Assembly (NCBI GenBank): GCA_004764695.1
Contig: SMSO01000031.1
Coordinates: 6,678,761 to 6,742,760, forward strand
Length of the DNA stretch: 64,000 nt
Source of the DNA: Schizochytrium sp. TIO01
Lineage: Eukaryota > Protista > Bigyra: Labyrinthulomycetes
Direction: 5' to 3'
The notes below the pieces were generated by a model. The model saw only the letters and a list, made by a program, of their open reading frames with translations. It was not told where the DNA came from and ran no database searches. Position numbers and translations under genes: made by a program. This document shows positions 33,420 through 45,266 of the stretch, piece after piece (positions within the stretch are counted from its first letter, which is position 1; each line of letters starts with the position of its first letter).

Positions 33420-36400
33420 AGTAATAATGAAGAATGGGTCAGAACAGAATTAACAAACAAGCAAAAGGAAGGAGGAAGAGAGAAAGAAAGAAAGAAAGAA
33501 AGAGAGAAAAGGGAAAAAAGCAGGAGGAAAGAAGGAAAGAAAGAAGGAAAGAACGAAGTTCAAAAAAGCGCGTCTTGTGCGCTTCTCCGCTTCGACCGTT
33601 CCTCGATCTCCGGACCTCGCCTGACGCGTACCGCGCGATCGAGCGAGGCCCGATGCTGCTCCCTGTCAATGGCCAGGCTTGCTTGCACCGGGCAATCCCA
33701 GGGATCAGTCTATCTTTCTCTCCGCTTGTGGTTTCCCTATATTTAAATATCCAAAAAGCGAGACGGGCGCGGAATGCGCAGCTGGGACCATCCGTGGCGC
33801 CTCGGCGGGCTTACGGAGCAGCTGACGCCTTCGCGTTGGAGCAGGACTCGAGGCGGGCGGGGCGGGCGAGCTCGCGGCTTGCATGCGAGCGTGAGGTCAC
33901 GCCGCCATGCCGCCGCCCTTGTTGCGCCTCCTGTCTGTCGCCTAGTGTTGCATAGTTCACGCACGAGTGTAGTGAGTTGAAGATTTGAATTCAAATTTGT
34001 AGCTCCCTCGCCGCTTTTGCGCCTTTGTATCTCCGCCCTCTGGGCCTCCTCACAAAGCGGCCAGTGTGCATTCCTCCTGACACCACTGCGAAAACGTCCC
34101 TCTCGAGACGCCCCTCAGATCCCTCACGCCTGGTCGCGGCGACCTTTGAAGGGCTCCTCTGCGCCGTTCCGCGTTTTCCCGCCGTTCTGCGCATTCATGC
34201 AGTTTCTCCTCTCCCACACTGGCCAGAGCGCCGCCCTGTGAGATCTCAGTCCGTCAAAGCGCCAGCCTTGGCCTTCAACCCGCCCGCGCCTGCGGAAAAC
34301 CTGGCCGAGCCGCTGGGAAACCCGATAGACTTACAGAAGCTGCCCTGGGCCGCCCTTCCCCCGAGTCTTTATGCCCCAAGAGGTGGCGAGCGCAGCGCTT
34401 TCGGGCGCGCGAAGATGGTCTTGAGCCATTCTCGCCATCCAGATTATTATTTACCTATTTATCTTTTTTTTTTTTTTTTTTTTTTAATAAGTTAAGTAAA
34501 ATATAACATTTTATTGAAATTTAAAATTCAAATCATTGTTTTCAAGTGTTTCAAAAATAAAATAACAAAATAATAATCATTATAAAATAAAACACAGTAA
34601 AACATTGTTTTTAAACTCGTTCCAATTATTTACTACCTCATATATGGTGCTTTCTTTCCGCAGCGGGTTTCTTCGTCAGATTTTCATGCCACCGACTCCT
34701 ATGTATTTAGGTATCTGGCCACCTAGGCAGCTGTCCAAAAAGAAAGAACTTGAACACCTTCAGAATTTGTTCTTTGCAAGCAGAATGAGTGAATTTGCGC
34801 CTTGAAATCCAAACCCGGTCGGATGAAAATGCCCATTTCTTCCCTCTAAGCCCTTGAATGGGAGTGGGCCTTGAAACCCCGCCTTCGGGCCTTCGCTCCC
34901 CCTGATCTGAGCGCCCATCTTTCGCTCTCTCGATCAGCTTCTCTTCAACTTTGCGGCGCATCGCCATTCAATCAATCCTTTCATCGATCGATTCCGCGTG
35001 AGCAGCGCCGATTTCAACTTTCCGACTGTTAGTTGGATTCTTACAGAGCGGATTTTTAGTTACCTCCTTGGCCCATCTATCTACCCTTTTGCTTAGCAGT
35101 CCCGAACATCTTTCGGAAGCATGAGTAATCGCTTTCATGAATACCAACTAGTCCGTGCCTCCCTAGTAACTACTACCCGGGGGATAGGTACCTCTACCGC
35201 TTGTTGAAGACTTTCACAGTTTGTAGTTTTAAATAATAGAAATAACTAAAATGGTTTGTAAGCGAGTTAATGAATTTGTGAATACAAATGAAAAAGAATA
35301 CTGGTAGGAAAGTAAGTACCTAGAACCTAGCAACAGGTAGGTAGGTAGGTATACCAAAGTATCCTTCGAAGAGATTTGTAACTGAGTGAATTGTTCATTA
35401 GAGTGAGAGAGAACAAAGAGAGAGTGGAGAACTTGAGAAAAGAGGCGTCAGAAGAATGAATGAACGAATGAATGAATGAATGAATGAATGAATGAATGAA
35501 TGAATGACATCATAGTCTGCTTTGAATTAGTTTCGCTCTGAGTTCGGAGAAACGACTTCTGCTTTAGAGGATACATTTCACTCACCGTAGAGACGAGAGA
35601 GCGCGAACGATCGGAGGGACTCACTCAGTTTCTGGGAAAAGCTGCCTCTCATTATTACAAAATTAAAACTCTTCATTCTAAAACAACTTTGATTTAGTGT
35701 AAAAGAAAAGAAAGAAGGATGGGAACACCTCCAGAATAGAACGAAGGAACGGGCGAAGATTTGGGCCACGCGAAACGGAATGAACTTGAACTGACTAAGC
35801 GCAGGTCAGCTCAGAACCAGCGGGCGATCGATCGAGATAGGGCTGAGGCCGGCAGACCCGGCTTTAGAGGGGTCCCGCTGAGACTTTCTGAGGCCGCCGC
35901 GCCGACAGAAAGGTATTCGCCAGGCTTCGAGGAGGAACAGAGGCGCAGAGAAAGAACTCGACGAATTTGCAAATTCGGGCATTCGATCGATCGACCAAAT
36001 ATATTTTAAATAAATTAAAAATTAAAAAAGTAAAATTAAAACAAATAAACGTTTTTTTGTTTTAAATTTATTTTTTAAAGAATGAGTTGGCCTACTTCCA
36101 TTAAATGCATGTAACAGAAAAGTGTAAAGGAGTTAGATTCATTGTTTCTTCTTTTCAGTCTTCTAATTCACAGGCGGCAATGTATCTTTCTATCTATCAT
36201 TCGCTCCCTTTCAGAAGAATGCTGCCGATGATCTTTCGGGCGCTGCGATAAATCCCAACAAAAGCCGCGCAAGGACGAAGATAAGGGCGCTATCGGCCTG
36301 CCTTCCTCAGCCCTCCCTTCGCCTTCGCGAGGCTTAGCGGAGAGGAGGCGCGGAGCGGATGATGATGCTGAGGAGCACTTTCGTCGTCATCGCCGTCGTC

Positions 36401-37222
36401 GCCGTGTTATCCTCCAGGATATCCTCGAATCCGTGTGGAACAGAACACAACGGAACAGAACAGGGCTATCGCCATTCTTTCTATCTATTTCAAAATATTT
36501 TTATTTAGAAAAAGGAATGAAAGTACAAGTTCTAATTTGGTTGAGAGGAAATGACGCGCAGCGATTCATTTTCAGGCGTCATCCTCATCGTTGTGCAAAA
36601 ACGCCTCCTGAAAGCGGCTTCGAAGCGCTCGAGGAGAAGACGGGCAGAATAAGCCTTGGAGAGGTAGGCCCTCGCAGGAACTCAGGTCTTCCGCAGCTCT
36701 GCGCGGGGGAAGACGCGCGTAAGGGGGTTCGAGAATGGCGCTTACTTCTTGATTTCTGGTTTTCCGGAAAGAAACTTGAAGAGAGTCTGAAAACAGAAAA
36801 ATAATGAAACAGCGAAAATAACAATTGAATGTGAAACAATTTTGATTTATTTGAACATCTGCAGTTTAATTTTAGTTTTAATCAAAGAACGACGCCGTTC
36901 CTTTCTTTGCTTTTCGAATTGGGCAGAAGAAGGGAGGACTGGAAAGGCGAAAGGATAGATTTCAAGATGGCTCTCGGCTTTCGCGCTTGCTTGCTTACCT
37001 ACTTACTTACTTGGTTGCTTTCCTTCTTCACGATTGCATGCGCGACAGATCACGCGCTTTGGAGGCCGCCTTTGCTCTTAAGCTGTGCGGGTTTCGCTCA
37101 ATCGTCACTCAGACTGTGAGTCTTTCTGTCTGTCTGTTGGCCTCTTAGGCTCTTGGTCTGTCCTCCCTCCCTTCCGTTTCTTCTTCTCTTTTCTCTTTCT
37201 CTTTCTCTTTCTCTTTCTCTTT

Positions 37223-37265
<43 letters not shown>

Positions 37266-37988
37266 CTCTCTGCGTCTGCTTTTTCCACCCATATGTATAT
37301 GTGTACATATGTATGTATGTGCGTACGTGGCGAAAGCAGTCGATGGATTGATCGATGATCGCCGCAATGGACGACGTCTGCGCGAACGAACGAAAGCGCA
37401 GGCCTGAATGCGTCTTTCAGGAGCGACTGAGGCAGTGTTTATTCATTCATTTGTATATTTATTTGTTTATTGATTTGTATATTTGTATATTTGTATATTT
37501 CTTCATTTGTTTGTTTGTTTGTTTATTGATTTGCAGCGCAGGCGACAGGAGACAGTAGTGTTTTTGATAGCCCACGTATCGACGGAGCTTTCTGCAGACA
37601 GCAGCGCAATTCAATCTTCATCGATAGGGGAGCACAGCGCAGAAGAAGGAAGGATCGATCAGTGGAGAGGCCGAAGCGTGTGCATTTTCATAAGAAGTTA
37701 ATGAAGAATCCAATGATTACAATTGCAAAACAAACGATCAAACAAAAGGAGGAAAGGAAGTCGCTGCGCTGGCTAGCTAGAAGTTGGCTAGTGGAATCAG
37801 TAGTAGCAGCTAGCTAGCAGTCGGCGTCGTTCAAAAGAACGCCTGCAATGAACGAATGCTTCAAGAACATTAGAGACGCACTTTCATTACGAGAAGGACA
37901 CAAAGACTTCAAGAGAGAGAGAGACCAATCAACGAAAATAAACAAAGGCTTTGTGGCATGATCGGTCGATGGCGCTTGAACATCATCA

Positions 37989-38019
<31 letters not shown>

Positions 38020-38060
38020 CTTCTTCTTCTGCTTCTGCTTCTGCTTCTGCTTCTTCTTCG
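33420..38060. repeat. Microsatellite-rich intergenic region ((GAAA)n, (GAAT)n, (CTTT)n, (CTT)n, (GTAG)n)
   Basis: Direct inspection, e.g. (GAAT)n 35455-35505, (TTTC)n 37190-37265, (CTT)n 37990-38030. Confidence 0.85.
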
Positions 38061-41000
38061 CCTAGTTTTCATCTGCTTCTGCTCCGATCAGATAGACCAG
38101 CGCCGGCAGCTCTGCGAGGAGGTCGGGTGAATGGGCGAAGAAAGCGCCGCCGCCGCCCTAAATTCGATCGATTATTCCGCAGGTTTTCAAGTCAGAGAAT
38201 TGGATGAGCTCAGGTTTTGGAAATCTCTGCTCTTATTTCTCATATTGAGAGGAGGAGGATACGGTCGTGCCAAAACTCAACATGTTCAAACAAGGATCAT
38301 AGTGACAAACAAACCAACCAAGAAACAAACCAACCAAGAAATGAACCAACCAAGAAATGAACCAACCAGGAATGCGGTGCGGATGGCCTTCTTGAGCTGC
38401 TTGTATGGATTGGCCATTCAAGTGAGCGATCGATCACCTTTGAGTATACTTTGGAATGATATTTGACGAAATGATATATTCTATTTTTTATTTTTTATTT
38501 TAAAACTGAGGCTTCTTTTTATTTTTATTTTTATTTTTTATTTTAATATTCAACTACTTCTTACAAATAAATGGTGAAAGCAGTTCACATTTGGAGCGCA
38601 GTCGTGAACGAAATCAAAGACAGTCGCAGAAATTAGACAGCCAGACGATGAGAAGCGCCTTGGGGATGGGTTATATTTGAAGATCGTACATGTGTACATG
38701 GTGGCGAAGGAACTATTTTCAATGAGATACGAGGTTGGCTTCATGGTTTGCTTGGAAAAATTAGCCTGAAGAAGCAGGGAATGTGAAATGTGGAATGGCC
38801 TGAGTCCTAACCTTTGTCGGAAAATCTAACTGGCACACCCATAGAGGACACTATTTATGCGTCAGAGCGACGTCATGATGGCGTCAGCACTGCTATCTTC
38901 TCATTTTCTTTTTTTAATGTTAAAAGCGCCTTCGCGCCTATTCCGCTCCTCTGTAACGATCGTGTTATACAACACCGATGGCTTATAGAGCTCAAGGCGA
39001 AATTCGAATTTGCGGCACGCTGGATCAAAGCCAAGACCGTTATTTTGCGTTTTGGTTTCTGAATATGCGACCCCATCGACCAAACCAGGTTTCGTTCGTT
39101 CAAGTGCAAATGCTGATTTCTTGACTCTTGACCTTCATCTTTTAGAATTACATTATACATTATAAACACGGACCGTGCTGGCAGTGTAAGATCTAATACA
39201 GCGAGGGGTGTCACCGCGATTGGGATGTATGACTAACTCATGAGGGAGGGCACCGAGTCCAACATGATCGGTGCCGACATAGCAAAATGTCCAACCTGTT
39301 CTACGATAAGCGAGCAATCTTGACTGGCAGCAATCAACTAAGCGCTATCATCTTGAAAAGAGGCGCACACTGCCACGCACGACATGTTCGTGACTATAAA
39401 CGAATAACCTCGCATTCGGGAGCCCAGAATCCAGCGACGCTCAGGGAGGGTTTCACTTTCATGGCATCTGCGTTAAAAAGAAACGCTCTGGGTTCGGGCG
39501 TCATCCAACACAAAAACCGCCATGAACATCCTACGACGCGGCTGGGCCCTGATAGTGTCATATGCTGGCATCTATCTGCGAGCTTGGAGCGTAGCTGTGC
39601 CTGTTTGCTGCGAGCTTCAGAGCATCTTCTTCAACTATCCCATTCGCATTGTTTTGCTGTTGGTTTTCATTAAATTCCGTTTATTTATAATATTTTATTT
39701 TTATTTTTAAGTGTTAATTAAAACTCATTTAAATTAAAAAAATAATCAAAAAATAAAAGAGAAGAAAGCATTTCCCTGTACATATATATATTTTTCCTAT
39801 TCGTACACACTCATATGGGTGCTCCTCGCTCTTGAACGCGACGACTTGCTCCATTCTTTCCAAAGTCTGCTTCTCACATCGACCTCTCTCCTTCTTTCGG
39901 GAGGTCTCTGCTCAGGCTCCTCATGAAACCCTTTCGATGATCCTTTCTTTTCTCACTTAATAACTTTAAAAAGAAAAGTAAAAGTAAAAGTAAAAGTAAA
40001 ACAATTAATCTTCAAATTCAAAAGCCATCTTATTACTCCTCTCAACAGCACCAACCAGCAGTAGGACCCCCCTAACGCCCCCTACCACCCGATATGTGGT
40101 TGTGGGGATGGCGCAACCACTGGCGAAACTTGCATCCGACGCTTGTACGGACTGACTCATCAATGATTGACTGCCGACACCATCGTGCTCAAAGTCCTCG
40201 GCACCTCGAGAGCCCTCGGCCCAAGGCCCGTAACCCCCGCCGCCGCTACGCCCTGCGCTCGCATGCAGCCAGCCTGCCTGCCTGCCTGATTATGCGGCTA
40301 GCTGCAGGCAGACCTGCCTGCTCGCGCCTTGCGGCAGCCGCCTCGAACTTGGGACTGAGCGCACAGTGCAATTCTCGCGGCGCAGCTGGTGCGGGTCTAA
40401 AAGGCTTGCGAGGTCTTGGAAATGGGCATATCCTTCCTTCTCGGTCCCGGTTTCCGGTGGACGGGCGCCCTGGGCGAAGGGGCTTAGCCCGTCGTAGCAG
40501 GGGCCTAGGGGGCGCTATAATATGAGGGGGGCGCACTGCATCGATGCCGGTGCAAACTACTGCAGAAAAGGCGCATCCTGCCATATCTTGGAGCTATTTG
40601 AGCCTGCCTGAAGATCCGGTACCCTTTGGCTACCTGTTTATCCTTGGAGTGTTGCGAACTTTGCGAAGAGCACACCGCTTCGTCACGAGTAGGAAGTTCT
40701 CAGGCACGCGGGAAATCCGCCAAACGTAAAAAATGCGTTAGTGGTACCGACACGGCGCACGGAGAAATAGGTACTGTAAAACAGTACCATTTGTCCGTTC
40801 GCCGCTTCTGGAGGAGGGTGGATTGTTGTAGAGGAAATGCTGCAGCTGCGTGAGGACAGGCCTTGGTTCTAGTTGCATTTGTACCTCATGAACTGACACA
40901 TAAGGCTGAATTAGAAAAGAGGGGGAGAATTGAGTGCAGAGACTTACAAGAACCACAAAAGCAACAGCAAGAACCTTCTACTGCCATTTTATCAGGTAGA

Positions 41001-41302
41001 TGTGCACTTACGTGCTGGCTATAGCCGCCGTAGAACGCACATCCTGAGGTTGCGGAGTGTGTACTTACTTGTGGGAGAGCAGCTAAGGTAGCCAAGTAGA
41101 AAAGGCCAGCAAGACTTTCGCGTTCTCATTTTAGGTCTGTCAAGTTCTGACTGCTAAACCAAGCGGTCGAATTGCAATCATCAGCAACAAACAGCAACAT
41201 AGGTTGCACGCAAGTCTTCCTTGTTGTGCTGATTTCTTTTGTTTGTTGCAGGCAATCGCGAACGGACACGCGCCGAGGTCGTGTGGCCTGCGAAGAACAA
41301 CA

Positions 41303-41338
41303 CGACGCGACGCGACGCGACGCGACGCGACGCGACGC
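41303..41338 (+). repeat. (CGACG)7 CpG-dense pentanucleotide repeat upstream of the putative TF gene
   Basis: cgacgcgacgcgacg... seen directly. Confidence 0.9.
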
Positions 41339-41701
41339 AAGTGATCCTCTACGAGCTAGCTCTGTAAGACAGAGCGATAGCTAAGGATCGGATTCGACAA
41401 ATCTCGTTAAAGTTCGACAGGCAAATCATACCATATCTTCATCGAGGTGAACGCTTACACGTGCAAGACGATTTGAGATTTCTTCAAAGCATCGTCGCCG
41501 AGCATTCCGTAGTTCTCTGGCGCATCAAGCGGCGTCACTTTCCTCAAGGTCTTTCGTCAATCAAAACGCACGAATCTCAACTTGGCGCATTTATTTAGGT
41601 AATCAGGGTTCGTGTTTTCTGTTTTTCACACGAAAACGCACTCGATCGATACACGCACGCAGTATAGCAGGTCGGTAGGATTTGGAAAAGTAACAATCAC
41701 A

Positions 41702-42747
41702 ATGGCGTGCGATCAAGGTGACACATGGCTCTTTGAGCCCCTCAGTCCGGATACGTTGACGCTTGGCGAAGGCGATCAAGTTAGCATGGGTGATAGTGCC
41801 CTCGATACTCTATTGGGAGATGACCTGCTTAACGAGGCCGTGCAGCTCCTTGGGGCGGAAGATTCTCAGACCAATATCATGCTTCAGAGCAGCGCACCAG
41901 GCGCAAACACTTCTGCGAGCAACAACAGCAATAACAACAACAACAACAAACAACAACAGCTATCAAGACGACAACTTCCCAAATCATTTGTCAAGAAGCA
42001 GTAGTTCTAGTAGTAACATCCGCGGCAGTATGGTGATGACCAGCAATCACAGCTCTCGTTTAAGCAACCACAAGGAGCGTATGATGGCCACTATGAACTT
42101 CCGGCAGCAAGAACCAGATTTCTTCTGTGGGAAGTAACAACAACGAAGATGCTGCTGCCTTCGACTTTGTGAGGCAGCAAGACATGCGTCTTGGCACGAT
42201 GGGTCAGAGCAGCGATGAAGGTGAATTAGAGCGGGAAATCCTTGAGTCTCTTGCAAGTGGAGATCCGGGTAAGCCCGAGGTAGATGAAGATCAGACCTTC
42301 AATTTTGTTGGTGACATCAAGCGTGCCTTTTCCCCCATCAAGCAGATTGTATACAACGGCCCGCGCTCCTCGTCTTTCACTGAGAGAGTCGATGATGACT
42401 GCGTAAGCCCGGAACCCTCGGACTTTTTAATGCCGCCACCTATGCATCAGCCTCACGCTTACAAATCTGCTGATGTTATCAGTGGAATGCAAGCCAGCAG
42501 CGTCAACAATGTCATTAACAGAAATAACAACAGCGTAAATAGCCAGAATAATAAAACCTCTGCGCCGCATCCGTACATTGGCAATAGTAGTAATAGCAGC
42601 AGTAGCAGCAGCCTCATGAGCCGCAAGGCTTCAGTGACAATGCCTAAGGACGACCTCGCTTCAGATCACGAGCCTCTCCTGAACTCGAACCCGAATCCGA
42701 ACCCGTGGCCTTCGGCAGCAGATTATAGGCGCATCTTCCTCGACTTC
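41702..42747 (+). CDS. Exon 1 of a putative transcription factor (N/S-rich), broken by two apparent +1 frameshifts
   Basis: ATG at 41702. Three overlapping ORFs (41612.., 41763.., 42127..) of similar composition step +1 each time. Ends at a phase-0 donor TTC|GTAAGT at 42748. Confidence 0.65.
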
Positions 42748-43477
42748 GTAAGTTTATTCTTGTTTCACTCAATGTGAGGGTGCTTGGGCGTGAGGAAAAT
42801 ACGATGATGAAGGATGGTATTGTGTTGGGATTGAATGAGTTGTTGCGCAAGACAATTGCTTGTGTTACTTCTAATTAGAGGAGAATCGGCGGGGGGCAGG
42901 CTTTTATTTGTGATGGATGAGAGAGAAAAATAACTGCACCGGCGGCGCTCTCAGATTTATACCTCTTTTTTAAAGTTCCCCGCACTGAGAGGAGCTATAG
43001 GTGTAAAGATAAAGAGAGACACCACCACATGTACTAAAAGAAAAGGCTTTTTAAGGACAACTTGACGAGCGAGCCATAAAAAATACTGGTGCCTAATCTT
43101 TTCTGAAGGGCGTGTGGTGTTGCATATTGAAATCGATGCATGCATGGCCTTGAAAGGGCGCGTGGATGTTCAACGCAGTTTCTTAGTGCATGTGTTCCAG
43201 AGATATCGGAGCGAGAGAGAAAGAGAGAGAGGGGGAGGGTTGGTGTAAGGGATTAAGAGATCATTTTGTTAAACGAGGAGTGTGTCTGAGGAAGAAAAAG
43301 AGAACACAAAGCAGCACCGCACCGAAAAGCAAAAAATCATTCAACGCGGAAATCAGAAACCATAAGGAAAGAAAAGAACGCAGATTGAAAACAACAACCA
43401 AAAGCAAACAAAACAAAAAAGAGAATGCGAAACAGAAACAAAAGAGGCAAAGGAAACATGCACGAAAGAACAAGAAG

Positions 43478-43508
<31 letters not shown>

Positions 43509-45266
43509 AATGCAATGACGAAGAAAGAAATCAGAAAGAAGAAAGAAGAAGAAAGAAGAAGAAGAAAGAAAAGAAAAAGAAAAAACTAGCGCTGCAAACT
43601 GAAGAAAAGGAACGGAAAGGATCTTTTAAAACGCTGCTGCAAAGCAAGAGAACAAACAGATACAGATAAGAGAGACCGACCACAGAGACGAAGACAGTCA
43701 CATCTACCGAGTTCACGACAGGGAGATCCAAACTCCGCCTGCGTTCTCTTCCTTCTTCTCTCACCCCGCGAATCGCAGCCTTCGTGCGTGCGCTTTTGCA
43801 GAGGCGGAAGAAGGAAACATTAAAATTTAGAGAGATCCTCCTCTTTTTCTTCAAGTTCCTCTTCTTCTTCTTCTTCTTCTTCTTCTTCTTGAAGTTCTTC
43901 TTCTTCATTCCTCGCATACGTTGCGTGCGGGAGCGAACTAAGTCGTTCACTCTCCCTCCTCTCTCGCGCCTCTTCTTCGCTTGCTTGCGTTCTTTTCTTG
44001 GCTTCTGTTCTTTTCTGTCGTGGCGGTTGTTCCACTCAATCACTCACTCACTCATTCATTCTAAGTGGTCCAAGATCGCGAGCACGCGATCGAGGGAGAT
44101 CCAGATTTCACCGGCTGCGAGCCAGGCAGGAGGGAGATCCAAGAACTAACTGAGAGGCGATCTCGCATGAGAGAAATGGAGGGAGAGAAAGATAGGATAG
44201 CGGAGCAGAGCGAATGGGAATGGGAATGGGTTCGAGAGCGAATGCAGAGAGGACGAAAGGGCTTTCACTCGGGGAGAGATGAGGGAGGGCCGGGGCGGGC
44301 GAACTGAGGTGGTGCGTGTGCAGACAGAGACAGAGAAGAACTCGGATGACTGACGGAAATGCTGTTGACGTTTTTATTTTTGCTGGTTTCCTTCCTTCCT
44401 TCCTCCTTCCTTCCTTCCTTCCTTCCTTCATTCATTCATTCATTCCCTCCTTCCTTCCTTCGTTTGCTCGCTTGGTTGCTTGCTTGTTTGTCGATTGCGC
44501 ATTGTTTGCATATTCAATGTGTTCTTGGGTACGCATTCCATTTCATTCCACCTCATTTCATTTCATTCCATCTCATTCCATTTCATTCCATCTCATTTCA
44601 CTCGGCGACGACTGCCTTTACTTTACCTTTGGGGCCATTTGCGATACCATACTTCCATGGCGGCTCTCTCCCTCCCCGCACTCGCGCACGCGGGCTCTCG
44701 AAATCGAAATTGAAATCGATTCGAAACGATGGACTCCGTCTGCCACGCGATACGATACGCACTGCCTGCCTCTGGGCTGACGTGCGGTCGACGTAATGCC
44801 GCCTGCGAAACGACGCAACTCGCCACCGCGACCATGGCCGCCTTCACTTACTTCCTTACTTCTCGCGCACTGCCTCCTTCATTCCTGCATGCCTTCACGC
44901 CTTCATTCCCTCACTTCTTCCTTCCTCGCCCACCTGCAACTGCTCTCTCTCTCTCTCTCTCTCGTGCCTCCTGCGTCGGCTGTTCATTCGCGCATGGTCC
45001 GCGGCTGCGCGGTTTGGTGATGTCTTGTCTTGCGCGATCTCCGCTTCCCGTGCGGCTGGCCTGGCCTGCCTCGACATCTCTGCGGTCTTCGATTTGCCTC
45101 TCGCGGCGTTGACTCTGACTAACTTAACTTTGTGTGCGCACACGCCGGAACGAACTTGGACATGGATCGCGTGTGCAACGCAAAATAACAATATCCTGCG
45201 ACGAATCTCTGCGCCGAATAAAATACCAACAAACGAACGAACGAACAAACAAATAAACAAACACAG
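42748..45266 (+). other. 2519-nt phase-0 spliceosomal intron with a 926-nt AG-free 3' region
   Basis: GTAAGT donor and ...AAACAAACACAG acceptor. Splicing joins RRIFLDF|LADETKYPLYTVEQL in frame. No AG from 44339 to 45264. Branch-like GATGACTGACG at 44345-44355. Confidence 0.85.

Noticed and set aside
43288-43585. ~300-nt CT-free stretch (possible minus-strand AG-exclusion zone)
   Set aside because: Explained by extreme A/G richness; no branch motif and no downstream minus-strand exon.
43190-45120. Many 100-250 aa K/R/E- or F/S/L-rich ORFs
   Set aside because: They are translations of intronic microsatellites. The AG-free zone also removes TAG stops, which lengthens spurious ORFs.
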